Shown here: positions 1-8,500 of the stretch, piece after piece
Position numbering within the stretch: position 1 is the first letter of the stretch
Layout of the letters: every line of letters begins with the position of its first letter
NCBI GenBank assembly: GCA_014729395.1
Contig: WJJZ01000002.1
Coordinates: 673-64,672, forward strand
From: Candidatus Magasanikiibacteriota bacterium
GTDB lineage: Bacteria; Patescibacteriota; Patescibacteriia; Magasanikbacterales; UBA922
DNA: 64,000 nucleotides
Direction of reading: 5' to 3'
The notes under the pieces: model-generated
The model's input: the letters and a program-made list of their open reading frames with translations, nothing else
What the model was told of the DNA's origin: nothing
Databases searched by the model: none
Program-made: the position numbers and the translations under genes

Positions 1-266
1 TCAAATTTTACAAGATAATCAACATGTTCTACTATTTCATTTCTAAGCTCATTGATATCTTTCTTTGTCGCCATAGTTGAATGAGTATCATAAATGTCTG
101 TATGAATATTTTCAATATCGTTTTTGAGTTCTGTTCTTAATTCATTGATGTCATCTTTTGTAGTCATTCTACTGTTTATGCCTGCGATATCGTCTTGAGT
201 AGCTCCATTATTTTTGATGAAACTAACCACTTCCCAGATATCTTTTATTGTAGGTTCATTAGTCAT
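1..266 (-). CDS. Coiled-coil repeat protein, paralog 1 (3' end cut off by the window edge)
   Basis: The minus-strand ATG is the complement of 264-266. It translates MTNEPTIKDIWEVVSFIKNNGATQDDIAG...DINELRNEIVEHVDYLVKF. This closely matches the N- and C-terminal blocks of the ORFs at 3594-4004 and 12332-12661. There is no stop before position 1. Confidence 0.6.
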   Translation of the reverse strand, partial: MTNEPTIKDIWEVVSFIKNNGATQDDIAGINSRMTTKDDINELRTELKNDIENIHTDIYDTHSTMATKKDINELRNEIVEHVDYLVKF

Positions 267-600
267 AAAACCATGTTATTAGTAAATAAATTATATTAAT
301 TATAATAACATAAGTCAAACAGAATTTAGTTAAAAAAAGATAAAATCGGTATAAAAAAATTATAAAATTTGGTCTGCTGTTGAACTTTGGACTCAATTGG
401 TTAACTCTTAAGAGTTAATTGTCAAAAGTTGAGTGTGAAGTTTGATGGCTAGAGCTATCTTGAACATTAAAATTGGAATTTAAAATATTGAATTTAGAAT
501 TTCGATTGAATTACAAATTTTTAAATTTATAAATTTAAAATTGATTCATAATTCGAAATTTGAAATTCAAAATTAAAACACGTACTTTCTTCCTCATTAT

Positions 601-720
601 TTTTTACTTGCGTATTTGTCATTCCCGCGAAGGCGGGAATCCAGTAAGCGGTATATGAGCCATGGATGACAATTTCCTGGATTCCCGATCAAGTCGGGAA
701 TGACATTTGAAAAAGTAAGA
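601..720. repeat. GC-rich REP/MITE-like palindromic element, copy 1
   Basis: Two perfect hairpins, ATTCCCGC-GAAG-GCGGGAAT and ATTCCCGA-TCAAG-TCGGGAAT, sit in inverted arms GTCATTCCCG...CGGGAATGAC. They are flanked by an imperfect outer inverted repeat ttactt.../...aagtaaga. The same 10-mers recur at 51138-51250. Confidence 0.7.
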
Positions 721-1010
721 AGTAGTGAGGAAGAAACAGGGGATTCTGCGCCAGCCAGCGCGGGACGGTAGATTGTTCAAGTGGTATTCCGACGGGGGTC
801 GGAAGAGCAATTTATTGACATAACCACGACTCCAACCCCTTCCCGCTTTAGCTCTAACAGTCTAAAAATATAGACGATGACGGAGCAGGGCTTAGGAAGA
901 TAAGGTTGGGGGAAATTGTATCCCCAGCAAACCAACGGCCGAGATATCCGTTTCGGCCAGAGACCAAAGGTCGGGATGGAAACCGACCGAACACAGAAAA
1001 GGATTGAGAC

Positions 1011-1853
1011 ATGAACAAGCACAACATAGAAGTGGTGTTCGAATACGGCAAGACGGTAGAGGGCGAGCAGAACATGCAGCCCAACACCATCTACATCGAC
1101 GGCTCCTTCCGGGGGCCGGCGATCCGGAACGACATCCGGACGTACAGCTTCGACCACCACGCGGGTTGCTCGCGGTTCGCCACCCTGGCGACCTGCGAGC
1201 AGGTGCTGCTCGCCATGGATCTCGGCCTGGACGTGTCGGGGATGACGGTCGTGATGAACGACCTCGATGCTGATGGCAGTCTCAGCCTGTGGCTCCTCCG
1301 CAACCCTAAGAAGTCGCAGACCCCCGAGATCCGCGCCATCGTCAAGGAGATCGGCTTCGTCGATGCGCACGGTCCCGTGCGTACCCCGGCCAAGCTCCAC
1401 AAGAGCCTGAGCCGCAACCCCCGCGTCCCGCAGACGATCGACATGCTCTGGGACGACCAGGGCAAGATCGACGCGTGGTACGAGAGGGGTGACGAGGCGC
1501 TCTCCGAGCCGTTCAGCTTCCCGCCCGCGCCGGCTTTCGGGCTGACGCAGGAGGGCGAGCTGGTGGAGCTCGAGAGCGCCGCCGACTTCGCCGAGGTCTA
1601 CGCCGCCGGCTGCGTCGCCGCCGTGATGGTACCCGAGGGCCCCGAGGGAACCAAGGGTTACACGATCGGCAAGCGCAGCGACTTCGTGAGCTACGACGTG
1701 CAGGCCTTCCTGGCCAGCATGAACGAGCTCGAGAAGGGCTGGGGCGGAGGGTCCACCATCGGTGGTGCCCCCCGTCTCGACGGTGGCAAGCGGTCGAGCC
1801 TGCCGGTGGAGACGGTCAAGTCCGTCTTCCTGGCGATCGCCCGCGGCGAGTAG
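1011..1853 (+). CDS. Hypothetical protein, 280 aa, GC-rich (contains FDHHAGC and DLDADGS motifs)
   Basis: An AAGGA sequence lies 6 nt upstream of the ATG. GC3 codon bias is high and uniform across the ORF. The full-length antisense ORF at 777..1865 is treated as a GC artefact. No confident family assignment could be made. A DHH-like tripeptide is present, but the order of motifs does not fit the DHH family. Confidence 0.55.
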   Translation: MNKHNIEVVFEYGKTVEGEQNMQPNTIYIDGSFRGPAIRNDIRTYSFDHHAGCSRFATLATCEQVLLAMDLGLDVSGMTVVMNDLDADGSLSLWLLRNPKKSQTPEIRAIVKEIGFVDAHGPVRTPAKLHKSLSRNPRVPQTIDMLWDDQGKIDAWYERGDEALSEPFSFPPAPAFGLTQEGELVELESAADFAEVYAAGCVAAVMVPEGPEGTKGYTIGKRSDFVSYDVQAFLASMNELEKGWGGGSTIGGAPRLDGGKRSSLPVETVKSVFLAIARGE

Positions 1854-2103
1854 CACAAGTCGCAATCACGCGACAAACCTCCCCAGCGTCACAGGGTACG
1901 CTGGAATAGGGAGGTTTACTAACCCTAAGCTAGTTGGCTAGAAAGGAGATAGTGTTATGGCTACACTACCAACTTTCAACTGGCAGTCCCGACCGTTTGG
2001 GACAAGGTGCTTCGCAGCCTTAAATGCGGCGGCAGACCCTACCCTTCGCGAGGGTAAGGCAGAGTCTGCGACGGAAGCCATCCCTCGCAAAAAAATTCAA
2101 ACG

Positions 2104-2484
2104 GCGTCTAACCCCAAAACAAAAGAGTAACCTGTGGGCGAGGGCGCAAGAGCTGATTTCTAGTGGAGTTCTTTCACATTAGCTCGAAACGAGTTGACCG
2201 CTCTATTCTGAGTAGGGTCAACAGCACTTGGGATAGGAAGTAGACGCACGCACATGCAACACTACTTCCTACCCGTCACATCTTACTTAAAGTTTAGGTG
2301 AGAGGTGATGGGGGAAAGGCTGAAAAAGCTTGAAAAGCTGGAAAGGCTTAAAAGGCTCGAGATTGGGTATTTGTGATTAGTGATTGAAGTTGTAATAGTT
2401 GTAAGAGTGGAAGATTAAGATTAAAACAGTAAATTGTAAGTAGTAACTAGTAATTAGCTTTTTGCTTGGTCTAGTTTAAAATTT
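2104..2484 (+). repeat. Direct repeat copy A
   Basis: Positions 2268-2484 are near-identical to 3290-3501. Upstream of that, conserved islands (CTAACCCCAA, GGGCGAGGGCGCAAGAGCTG, CTCTATTCTGA, GTTGACC, GGATAGGAAG...CTTCCTACCCGTCACATCTTACT) are separated by diverged spacers. Some stems carry compensatory changes (GGAAGTAG/CTACTTCC versus GGAAGAC/ATCTTCC). The repeat has three parts: a structured GC-rich segment, a micro-ORF and AT-rich iteron-like pseudo-repeats. Confidence 0.8.
2308..2376 (+). CDS. Conserved micro-ORF, 22 aa (MGERLKKLEKLERLKRLEIGYL), copy A
   Basis: GAGAGG lies 4 nt upstream of the ATG. The stop is TGA. An identical peptide is encoded at 3325-3393. The peptide has heptad-like K/L periodicity. 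Translation is not proven. Confidence 0.35.
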   Translation: MGERLKKLEKLERLKRLEIGYL

Positions 2485-2496
2485 ACAGATTTCTCT

Positions 2497-2582
2497 CTAT
2501 TAATAAACTTTGTCCAAAAAACAGAGTTTGGCAATAGAGAGAAATCTCGAACCGGTTTCTCCACCCCCGGTGGGTGGAGAAC
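2497..2582 (+). promoter_or_regulatory. Long inverted repeat plus GC hairpin directly upstream of the mCpol-like gene
   Basis: GATTTCTCTCTATT (2497-2510) pairs with AATAGAGAGAAATC (2535-2548). The loop itself contains aaactttg/cagagttt. This is followed by TCTCCACCC-ccggt-GGGTGGAGA at 2558-2580. Confidence 0.5.
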
Positions 2583-2630
2583 GCAAGCCGCCATAGGAGC
2601 GGACCGGTAAAGAATAAAATGAGGGCCGAC

Positions 2631-3080
2631 ATGCTATATCTAGCATTTGATGGCGATAACGTCGGCTCTCAACTCTCTCAGCTCATTGAGCTGGGCGAGG
2701 ATCGAGAGCTGGCGGCATACGCCGCCGGAGTGCAAGAAGAAATGTTCGAGACGGCGCGAGCTGCCGAGCGCATTGGGGCTACGGTCCTAATGTGTTCGGG
2801 GGACAGTTTGCTGTTCCGTCTCGAACATAAGAGTCAGGCGGAGCGTATCTTATATACGTTCCGCCATAGAAAGAAAAGGTTCGTCACCCATTCTGTGGGC
2901 GTGGGGCGGACCGTTCAGGAAGCCCACAAGAAATTGATGCATGCAAAGCTTGCCGGTAAAAACCGGGTGTGCTGGTATTACGAGCCAGCTCCTCTCGGGA
3001 GGCTTGTAATAGAGTCACTATTGCACCCGTTAGTGGCTCTAAAAAACTTTCACTTCAAAGGTTTTTTTCTTTGGAAGTGA
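2631..3080 (+). CDS. mCpol-like minimal palm-domain nucleotide cyclase (predicted), about 149 aa
   Basis: GAGGG lies 5 nt upstream of the ATG at 2631. LYLAFDGDNVG (strand 1, acidic pair) and LMCSGDSLLF (a hairpin equivalent to GGDD or GGDEF) are the hallmark motifs of RRM-like palm cyclases (Cas10 Palm, GGDEF, class III cyclases). The small size fits the minimal CRISPR polymerase family. Alternative starts at 2574 and 2619 are less likely. Confidence 0.6.
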   Translation: MLYLAFDGDNVGSQLSQLIELGEDRELAAYAAGVQEEMFETARAAERIGATVLMCSGDSLLFRLEHKSQAERILYTFRHRKKRFVTHSVGVGRTVQEAHKKLMHAKLAGKNRVCWYYEPAPLGRLVIESLLHPLVALKNFHFKGFFLWK

Positions 3081-3101
3081 AAGTTTCACCCACGTCAGAT
3101 G

Positions 3102-3501
3102 GCGCCTAACCCCAATAACATAACCACTTCTGGGGTGAGGGCGCAAGAGCTGCAAATTCTAAGCGAGATTCTCTCGTGGCAGCTCGAGACATGGTCGGCT
3201 TTACTCTATTCTGAAGCTAAAGTTGACCACACACCGTGAATCTATCCGGTTCACGGGCACTCGGATAGGAAGACAGCACATCTTCCTACCCGTCACATCT
3301 TACTGAGTTTATCAGTGGGAGGTGATGGGGGAAAGGCTGAAAAAGCTTGAAAAGCTGGAAAGGCTTAAAAGGCTCGAGATTGGGTATTTGTGATTAGTGA
3401 TTGAAGTTTTAATAGTTGTAAGAGTAGAAGATTAAGATTAAAACAGTAAATTGTAAGTAGTAATTAGCAATTAGCTTTTTGCTTGGTCTAGTTTAAAATT
3501 T
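3102..3501 (+). repeat. Direct repeat copy B
   Basis: See copy A. This copy contains the B-specific hairpin CCGTGAA-tctatcc-GGTTCACGG. Confidence 0.8.
3325..3393 (+). CDS. Conserved micro-ORF, 22 aa, copy B (peptide identical to copy A)
   Basis: GGGAGG lies 4 nt upstream of the ATG. The 69 nt are identical in both copies apart from their flanks. Confidence 0.35.
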   Translation: MGERLKKLEKLERLKRLEIGYL

Positions 3502-3593
3502 TGCTAATTTCTATTTACAAATTACCATTTACTGATTACTTTTTTGCTGAAGTCTGCCTGTCCGCCTCTGGCGGAATAGCCGAGAGCTGATTG

Positions 3594-4004
3594 CTAATTG
3601 ATCGGATTATTTTTCTTTATAACAAGATCCAGCTTTTTGTCAGTTCGGTCTTGTCTAAGAGAAAGAGTGTTATCGTTTTTTACCAGAAAATCAACATGTT
3701 CAGTTATTTCGAGTCTAAGTTCATTTAAATCCATTCTTGTAGCCATGGTATTATGAATTTCATCAAGTTCCCGATGAATTGACGCAATATCATCCTTGGT
3801 AGCCATATCACGACGAACGTCTGCAATATCAGTTTTAAGTTCACCCCTCAATTCATAAATGTCAGTCTTGAGTTCAGTTCTTAATTTGTCTATGTCAGTC
3901 TTGAGTTCAGTTTTGAGTTTACTAAAGTCATCTTTGGTAGATCCATTATCCTTGATAAAGTTAATGACCTCATAGACGTCTTTGATTGTAGGATCTTTTT
4001 TCAT
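3594..4004 (-). CDS. Coiled-coil repeat protein, paralog 2 (about 136 aa; repeats LKTELKTDIxxLR x3 and ATKDDI)
   Basis: The start is taken at MKKDPTIKDVYEV. The longer ORF-track start at 4055 translates AT-rich upstream DNA. An in-frame 33-bp tandem DNA repeat lies at 3850-3930. AT-rich composition contrasts with the GC-rich blocks on both sides. Confidence 0.7.
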   Translation of the reverse strand: MKKDPTIKDVYEVINFIKDNGSTKDDFSKLKTELKTDIDKLRTELKTDIYELRGELKTDIADVRRDMATKDDIASIHRELDEIHNTMATRMDLNELRLEITEHVDFLVKNDNTLSLRQDRTDKKLDLVIKKNNPIN

Positions 4005-4159
4005 AGTAATGTCACTTATTAAATAAATTATATAAATTATAATATCAAAAAGCAAATAAAATTATGATAAAAAAATTATTAAATTTATATAAACAAATTT
4101 TGAATCAATATTGAATTAGTAAATTTTAAATTAATAATTCAATCGAAATTCAAAATTTA

Positions 4160-4260
4160 AAATCAATCTAACCACCACGAATAACCACCACACACAAAGA
4201 GGGTTCTAGCTAGACCTCTTTGGGAGATATTTTTCTGTGGTGGTTAGATATCGACCAAAA
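4160..4260. repeat. Nested palindrome at the AT/GC junction
   Basis: Outer inverted repeat ATCTAACCACCAC (4166-4178) pairs with GTGGTGGTTAGAT (4238-4250). The inner hairpin CAAAGAGG-gttctagctaga-CCTCTTTG has a loop UUCUAGCUA that resembles the preQ1-I aptamer loop. Confidence 0.6.
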
Positions 4261-4265
4261 GGTCT

Positions 4266-4305
4266 AAAAAAGAGTCTTCTTGATCTGAGAAGGCTCTTTT
4301 TGTTT
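4266..4305 (+). terminator. Intrinsic terminator-like hairpin 20 nt before the GNAT RBS (possible attenuator)
   Basis: AAAAGAGTCTTCT-tgatctg-AGAAGGCTCTTTT is followed by TTTTTGTTT. The AAGGAGG RBS and the ATG at 4327 follow immediately. Confidence 0.55.
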
Positions 4306-4326
4306 AAAAAAAAGGAGGAAAAAAAA

Positions 4327-4743
4327 ATGACCGAGATTATTGACATGAACAGGTTGGCCCGTTTCGTATCTGGGCTGAAGCCATCGGCGCACGTCGCTAT
4401 TCTCTTCACTGGAGACCGACTGGCTTGCTGCGATGAAGCGGTGACTTTGCGAGTTGGGTGCGAGATTGTTGGCGTGGCCACGATTGCTCCCGAAGGGGAA
4501 GAGTATACGGGTCAGCCGACGATTGTGGCTCTATATATAGAGCCCGGGTATCGTCGACGCGGCCATGGCACTACCCTCATGAAGTCGGCGCTTGAGCGCT
4601 GCCGGGAACGTGGCTTTGAGACTGTCCGAGTTGATGTCATGTCCGACCATGTTATGAAAATCATCCGTAGTTTGCCGGCTGAACTGGCGACCATCTTGGA
4701 TGTCCATGATATGGGGGCCATGATGGACTCATTTCGAGGATAG
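4327..4743 (+). CDS. GNAT family N-acetyltransferase (138 aa)
   Basis: AAGGAGG RBS. The acetyl-CoA motif A, IEPGYRRRGHGTTLMKSALERCRERG, has the form Q/R-x-x-G-x-G/A. Confidence 0.8.
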   Translation: MTEIIDMNRLARFVSGLKPSAHVAILFTGDRLACCDEAVTLRVGCEIVGVATIAPEGEEYTGQPTIVALYIEPGYRRRGHGTTLMKSALERCRERGFETVRVDVMSDHVMKIIRSLPAELATILDVHDMGAMMDSFRG

Positions 4744-4845
4744 ATTATTTAAAAGGAGGATTCAAGGAGGAATCTTCCTCAGTTTTTAAAATATTTGAAG
4801 ATTGAGGAAGCATCACGAATGGGTCGTGATGCAAAAGGTTTTAAA

Positions 4846-4949
4846 AACCAAGGCCCGGTCTACCTGTGGTGGATGTCGCGTCGCTTGAATCAACAAGCGA
4901 TCCCGAAATTACTCGGGAGGAGCTACACTGGTTTTTGAAGGAGGAAGAG
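4846..4949 (+). promoter_or_regulatory. Conserved structured 5' leader element, type 1, copy 1
   Basis: AACCAAGGCCCGG...GTCGCTTG-aatcaa-CAAGCGAT, then CCCGA-aattac-TCGGG, then GAGGAGCTACACTGGTTTTT, then GAAGGAGG-N6-ATG. Also at 10027, 19850 and 21459. Confidence 0.7.
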
Positions 4950-5183
4950 ATGAAAAGAAAGATGGGCCTATGGCCCATGTGTATTTGCGGAGTAGAGCTC
5001 GCCGACGGGCACGAACTGTGTCCTGAGTGCGAGCAGGTGGAGGCCGACGGCCGCTGTTTGGGCTGCCGTCGGCCTGTCGAGGATGGACACCGAAGTCAGA
5101 TCGGGTTGTGCCCGGTCTGTACTGAATTGGTTCTTGACGGCGTGGAAGAGGCACGCCGCGAGACCATGTCTATCCCCGACTAA
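4950..5183 (+). CDS. Small zinc-ribbon protein (77 aa; CxC, CPEC, CLGC, CPVC)
   Basis: A GGAGG RBS lies directly after the type-1 leader. Four Cys pairs are present. The terminator hairpin T1 follows. Confidence 0.5.
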   Translation: MKRKMGLWPMCICGVELADGHELCPECEQVEADGRCLGCRRPVEDGHRSQIGLCPVCTELVLDGVEEARRETMSIPD

Positions 5184-5220
5184 AAACCGGTCATTCTAGG
5201 TGATCGCATACGTTCTTTCA

Positions 5221-5262
5221 ACACACAGGCACACATCCTAGACCCTGTGTGCCTCTACTTTT
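5221..5262 (+). terminator. Conserved-loop terminator hairpin T1 (GGCACACA-TCCTAGACCC-TGTGTGCC plus a T-rich tail)
   Basis: Member of a family of 5-6 hairpins. The loop TCCTAGACCCTG is invariant and the stems show compensatory changes. A conserved block TTCTGAAAGCG lies at 5285-5295. Confidence 0.65.
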
Positions 5263-5535
5263 AGAGATTGTAAATATTTATGATTTCTGAAAGCGTTTTG
5301 ATTTTGAAAAAATTGAAGCGTGTGATCGTTTTAAAAAAACCGTCTGACAAGGGCGGATGAAAATATAGAGAAAAGAGACCTTGGGCAGCCCTGCCCGGTT
5401 GGTTGTGTTACTAAACCTAAAAGTTATAGCGCACAGCAAGTCGATTTAGTTCGGCCGAGCAGGGTGGGTATGCCTCGACAGATGTCGGGGTAAGCGTTGC
5501 CGTAAGGCGCGCTACCGCTGCTTGAGGAGTCCAAG

Positions 5536-8500
5536 ATGACGAAGTCGAAAAAAAAGGGTTCCTGCAAGCCTTCGAGTGCGGGAATCAATGATTTGCCAAT
5601 CGTTGATTTTAAGGATGAGATCATGGGGAGTAGCGCCCCCTACATCATTGTCGAAGCCGAGACCGGCTCCGGCAAGTCGACTATGGTGCCCCAGTGGTTC
5701 CATGAGCTCGACATGTCGGTGCTCGTGACCGAGCCGTTGATTGAGACGGTAATCGGTACGAGCGAGTACGTGGCCCAGCTCATGGGCTGCGAGTTCGGCT
5801 CGACGGTCGGTTATCGTACGGGCAGTAGCCGGTGCGACAGCCGGGAGACTGATGTGCTTTTTTGCACGGACGGTCTTGCGCTCGTGCGCGAGTTGTCGGG
5901 ACACAATCGTTTCGACGTGCTCGTCATCGACGAGCTCCACGAGTGGAATACTAATCAGTCCACTCTGGAGGCCTGGGCGTGGAAGCATCTTCAGGCGGGC
6001 GATAGCCCGTTCCAAAAGATCGTGGTGCTGTCGGCCACTTTGAACTCGGACGAGCTCTCGCGCAAGCGGGGCAATGCTCCGGTGTTCAAGGTTCCCGGTC
6101 GACAGTTCCCGATCGAGGATCGGCGTGCCGGTTCGTCGATCGAGGCGGACGTGAAGTCGCTCGTCGCCGAGGGGCACGACGTCCTGGTCTTCCAGCCTGG
6201 GGCAAACGAGATCCGTGAGACCATCCAGACGCTCGAGCGTATGGAGGTCAATGCGGAGCTCATCCCGTTTTACGGGAAGCTCAGCCGGGAGGACAAGACC
6301 AGGGCGTACCGGTCGTACGGTCGTTCCAAGGTGGTGGTTTCGACCAACGCTTTGGAGACCGGCCGAACACTTGTGCCGTCACCCGGGCGCAAGCTCGCGG
6401 TCGTTGACTCCGGGCTCGAAAAGCGAGTGGAGCTCGACAATGATGGAATCGAGGGTTTGTACCTGGAGCCCATCGCCAAGGCTAAGGCCATGCAGCGTCG
6501 CGGTCGCACGGGTCGCGTTGGTGAGGGGATCTATATTGATCATTGTCCCTCCGCCGGCCGTCCGGCGTACCCCGTACCGGAAATTCTCCGGACGCGACTC
6601 GACCAGACCGTTTTGCGGTTGGCGTGTCATGGGTACGACGCGACCGAGCTTCCCTTCTTCCACGAGCTCGACATGAGCGTCATCGCGGAGGCCAAGCGGG
6701 CTCTGCAGGCGCTCGGAGCGATGCGGGAGGATGGAGACGTGACCAAGACGGGGCGTCTCATGTCCCGTCTGCCGGTCTCGGTCGGTCAGGCGCGGATGAT
6801 TATCGAGGCGGACAAGCGTGGTGTGGTGGACGATGTGATCACCATCGCCGCGATCTTGAACGTCAAGGGCATTTGTGACCGCACCGGAGCGTGGCGGGCG
6901 TACACCGTCGAGAAGCGTTCCGATGTTTTGGTCGAGCTGGACCTCTGGCAGGCCGCTCGTGGCAAGCGGAATCGCGAGCTGCGGGACATGGGGATCTTCG
7001 CCAAGGATTACCAACGAGCACGGCAGATCCGCCGCAAGCTCGTGGACGTCTTGCGACAGCATCGCGTGAAGCTGGGTTCGTCCGGCGATCGCGAAGAGAT
7101 CCTCAAGTCGGTTTGCGCCGGTATGGTCGACCACCTGTACAAGTTTTCTCATACAGACAGGATGGGGAACTGGTACGTAAATGGTGGGTCGTCCACTGCG
7201 CGGTTGCTTGGCAACCAGAGTGTGGTGGATGGCGGCCCGGACTGGCTGGTCGCGATTGGGTTCAATGTGCCGACCCGAAAGGGAGGCACACTCCCGATCG
7301 TCACGCAGGTGACGGCGGTTGAGCCCATGTGGCTCGCCGAGGTCGCTCCACAGCTGGTTGAGGTCAAAACCGGTCTCTCCCCCCGGTATGACCAGGAGAA
7401 GGACCTCGTGACTTCGGTCACCGAGATGTACTTCAACGGTCAGAAGGTGCGGGAAGAGAGGGTTGATGACCCGACTCATCCGGAGGCTGCGAGGCTTTTC
7501 GCCCAATATCTGGCAAGCCGTAACGATGTCGAGCCAATGTGTTCGAATTGTCGTCAGGCAAACCGGATGAAAGAGCTCAACATTCGGGCCGGCGAGGACA
7601 TCTTCCCGGTACCCGACATGGCGAGCTTCTACCAGGAGCGACTGAATGGTGCTCGTTCGATCCAAGAGATCGAGCCGGGTACCAGCCTCCGTTTGCCCAC
7701 CCTCGACGAGGAGCTCGTCAAGATGGTGATGGATGAAAATCCTGATACCATTCAACTCCTCGGAGAAGAGTTGACGGTGGAGTATCGGGCGCCATATTAT
7801 GGCCAGCCCAGAGCTCCGCGTGTGAAGCTCACGGATGAGCTCGTCAGCACGAATCGCTGGCTCGAGCTTCCGGACGAGGGAGTGTGGCTCCCGAGCGGTC
7901 GCTCAGTAGAGCTGGTGGTGTCCTTTGGGCACTACAATGAGCTCTCTGGGACCGACATCCCGAAGTTGAAGGTTGAGATGAGAGATTATCTCAACCGGAA
8001 GCAGTGGGATTCTTGGGTCAAGCCCGAGATCGAGATTCCGGATCTGTCGGCCGATGACGCCGTCGTCCCGTTTGTCACCAAGGTCTATGGGACCTGTGTT
8101 ACAACGGGTGACGAGCTCATGGCCTACGGTACAATAGCCGTGAACACGAGTCGCTGGTATGCAAGTGATCCGCTGTTCAAGGCCATGTGGTACCGCGATT
8201 TGATCGCGGCCCAGAACGCCGCCGACGCCTCCGCCGAGAAGCTCGTCGAGAAAAAAGATGAGCTGAAAGCGGCGAGGGCGCTCGAGCTGGCGAAGACCGA
8301 GGCTGAGGCCGCGCGCAAGGAGCTCCAAAATCTCAAGGGTCGTGAAGACTGGGAAGAGCTGGAGTACGACTTGCGGAGTCGAGTTAGCGACTTGCTCTAC
8401 CGCTCGTTGCCGCGCTCCATCGATGAACTTCGAGAGGATATTGAATCCACCAAGGCACTGATTGCCGAAGTGGAGAGTGCACTCGAGAAGTTCGAGAACG

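Noticed and set aside
777-1865. 362-aa antisense ORF fully overlapping the 1011..1853 gene
   Set aside because: High-GC DNA generates long stop-free antisense frames. The sense ORF has an RBS and coherent GC3 codon bias. The antisense product is low-complexity (Ala/Arg/Gly-rich).
4190-4218. Calling a genuine preQ1-I riboswitch
   Set aside because: The loop resembles UUCUAGCUA, but the obligatory A-rich 3' tail that forms the pseudoknot is absent. The downstream gene (GNAT) is not a queuosine-pathway gene.
4866-5183. Longer 105-aa version of the zinc-ribbon ORF, and a 21-codon uORF (MSRRLNQQAIPKLLGRSYTGF) inside the type-1 leader
   Set aside because: The long version reads through the conserved leader. 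The uORF frame is not preserved in the diverged leader copy at 10027-10157, where the stems covary instead. The conserved unit is therefore structural rather than coding.
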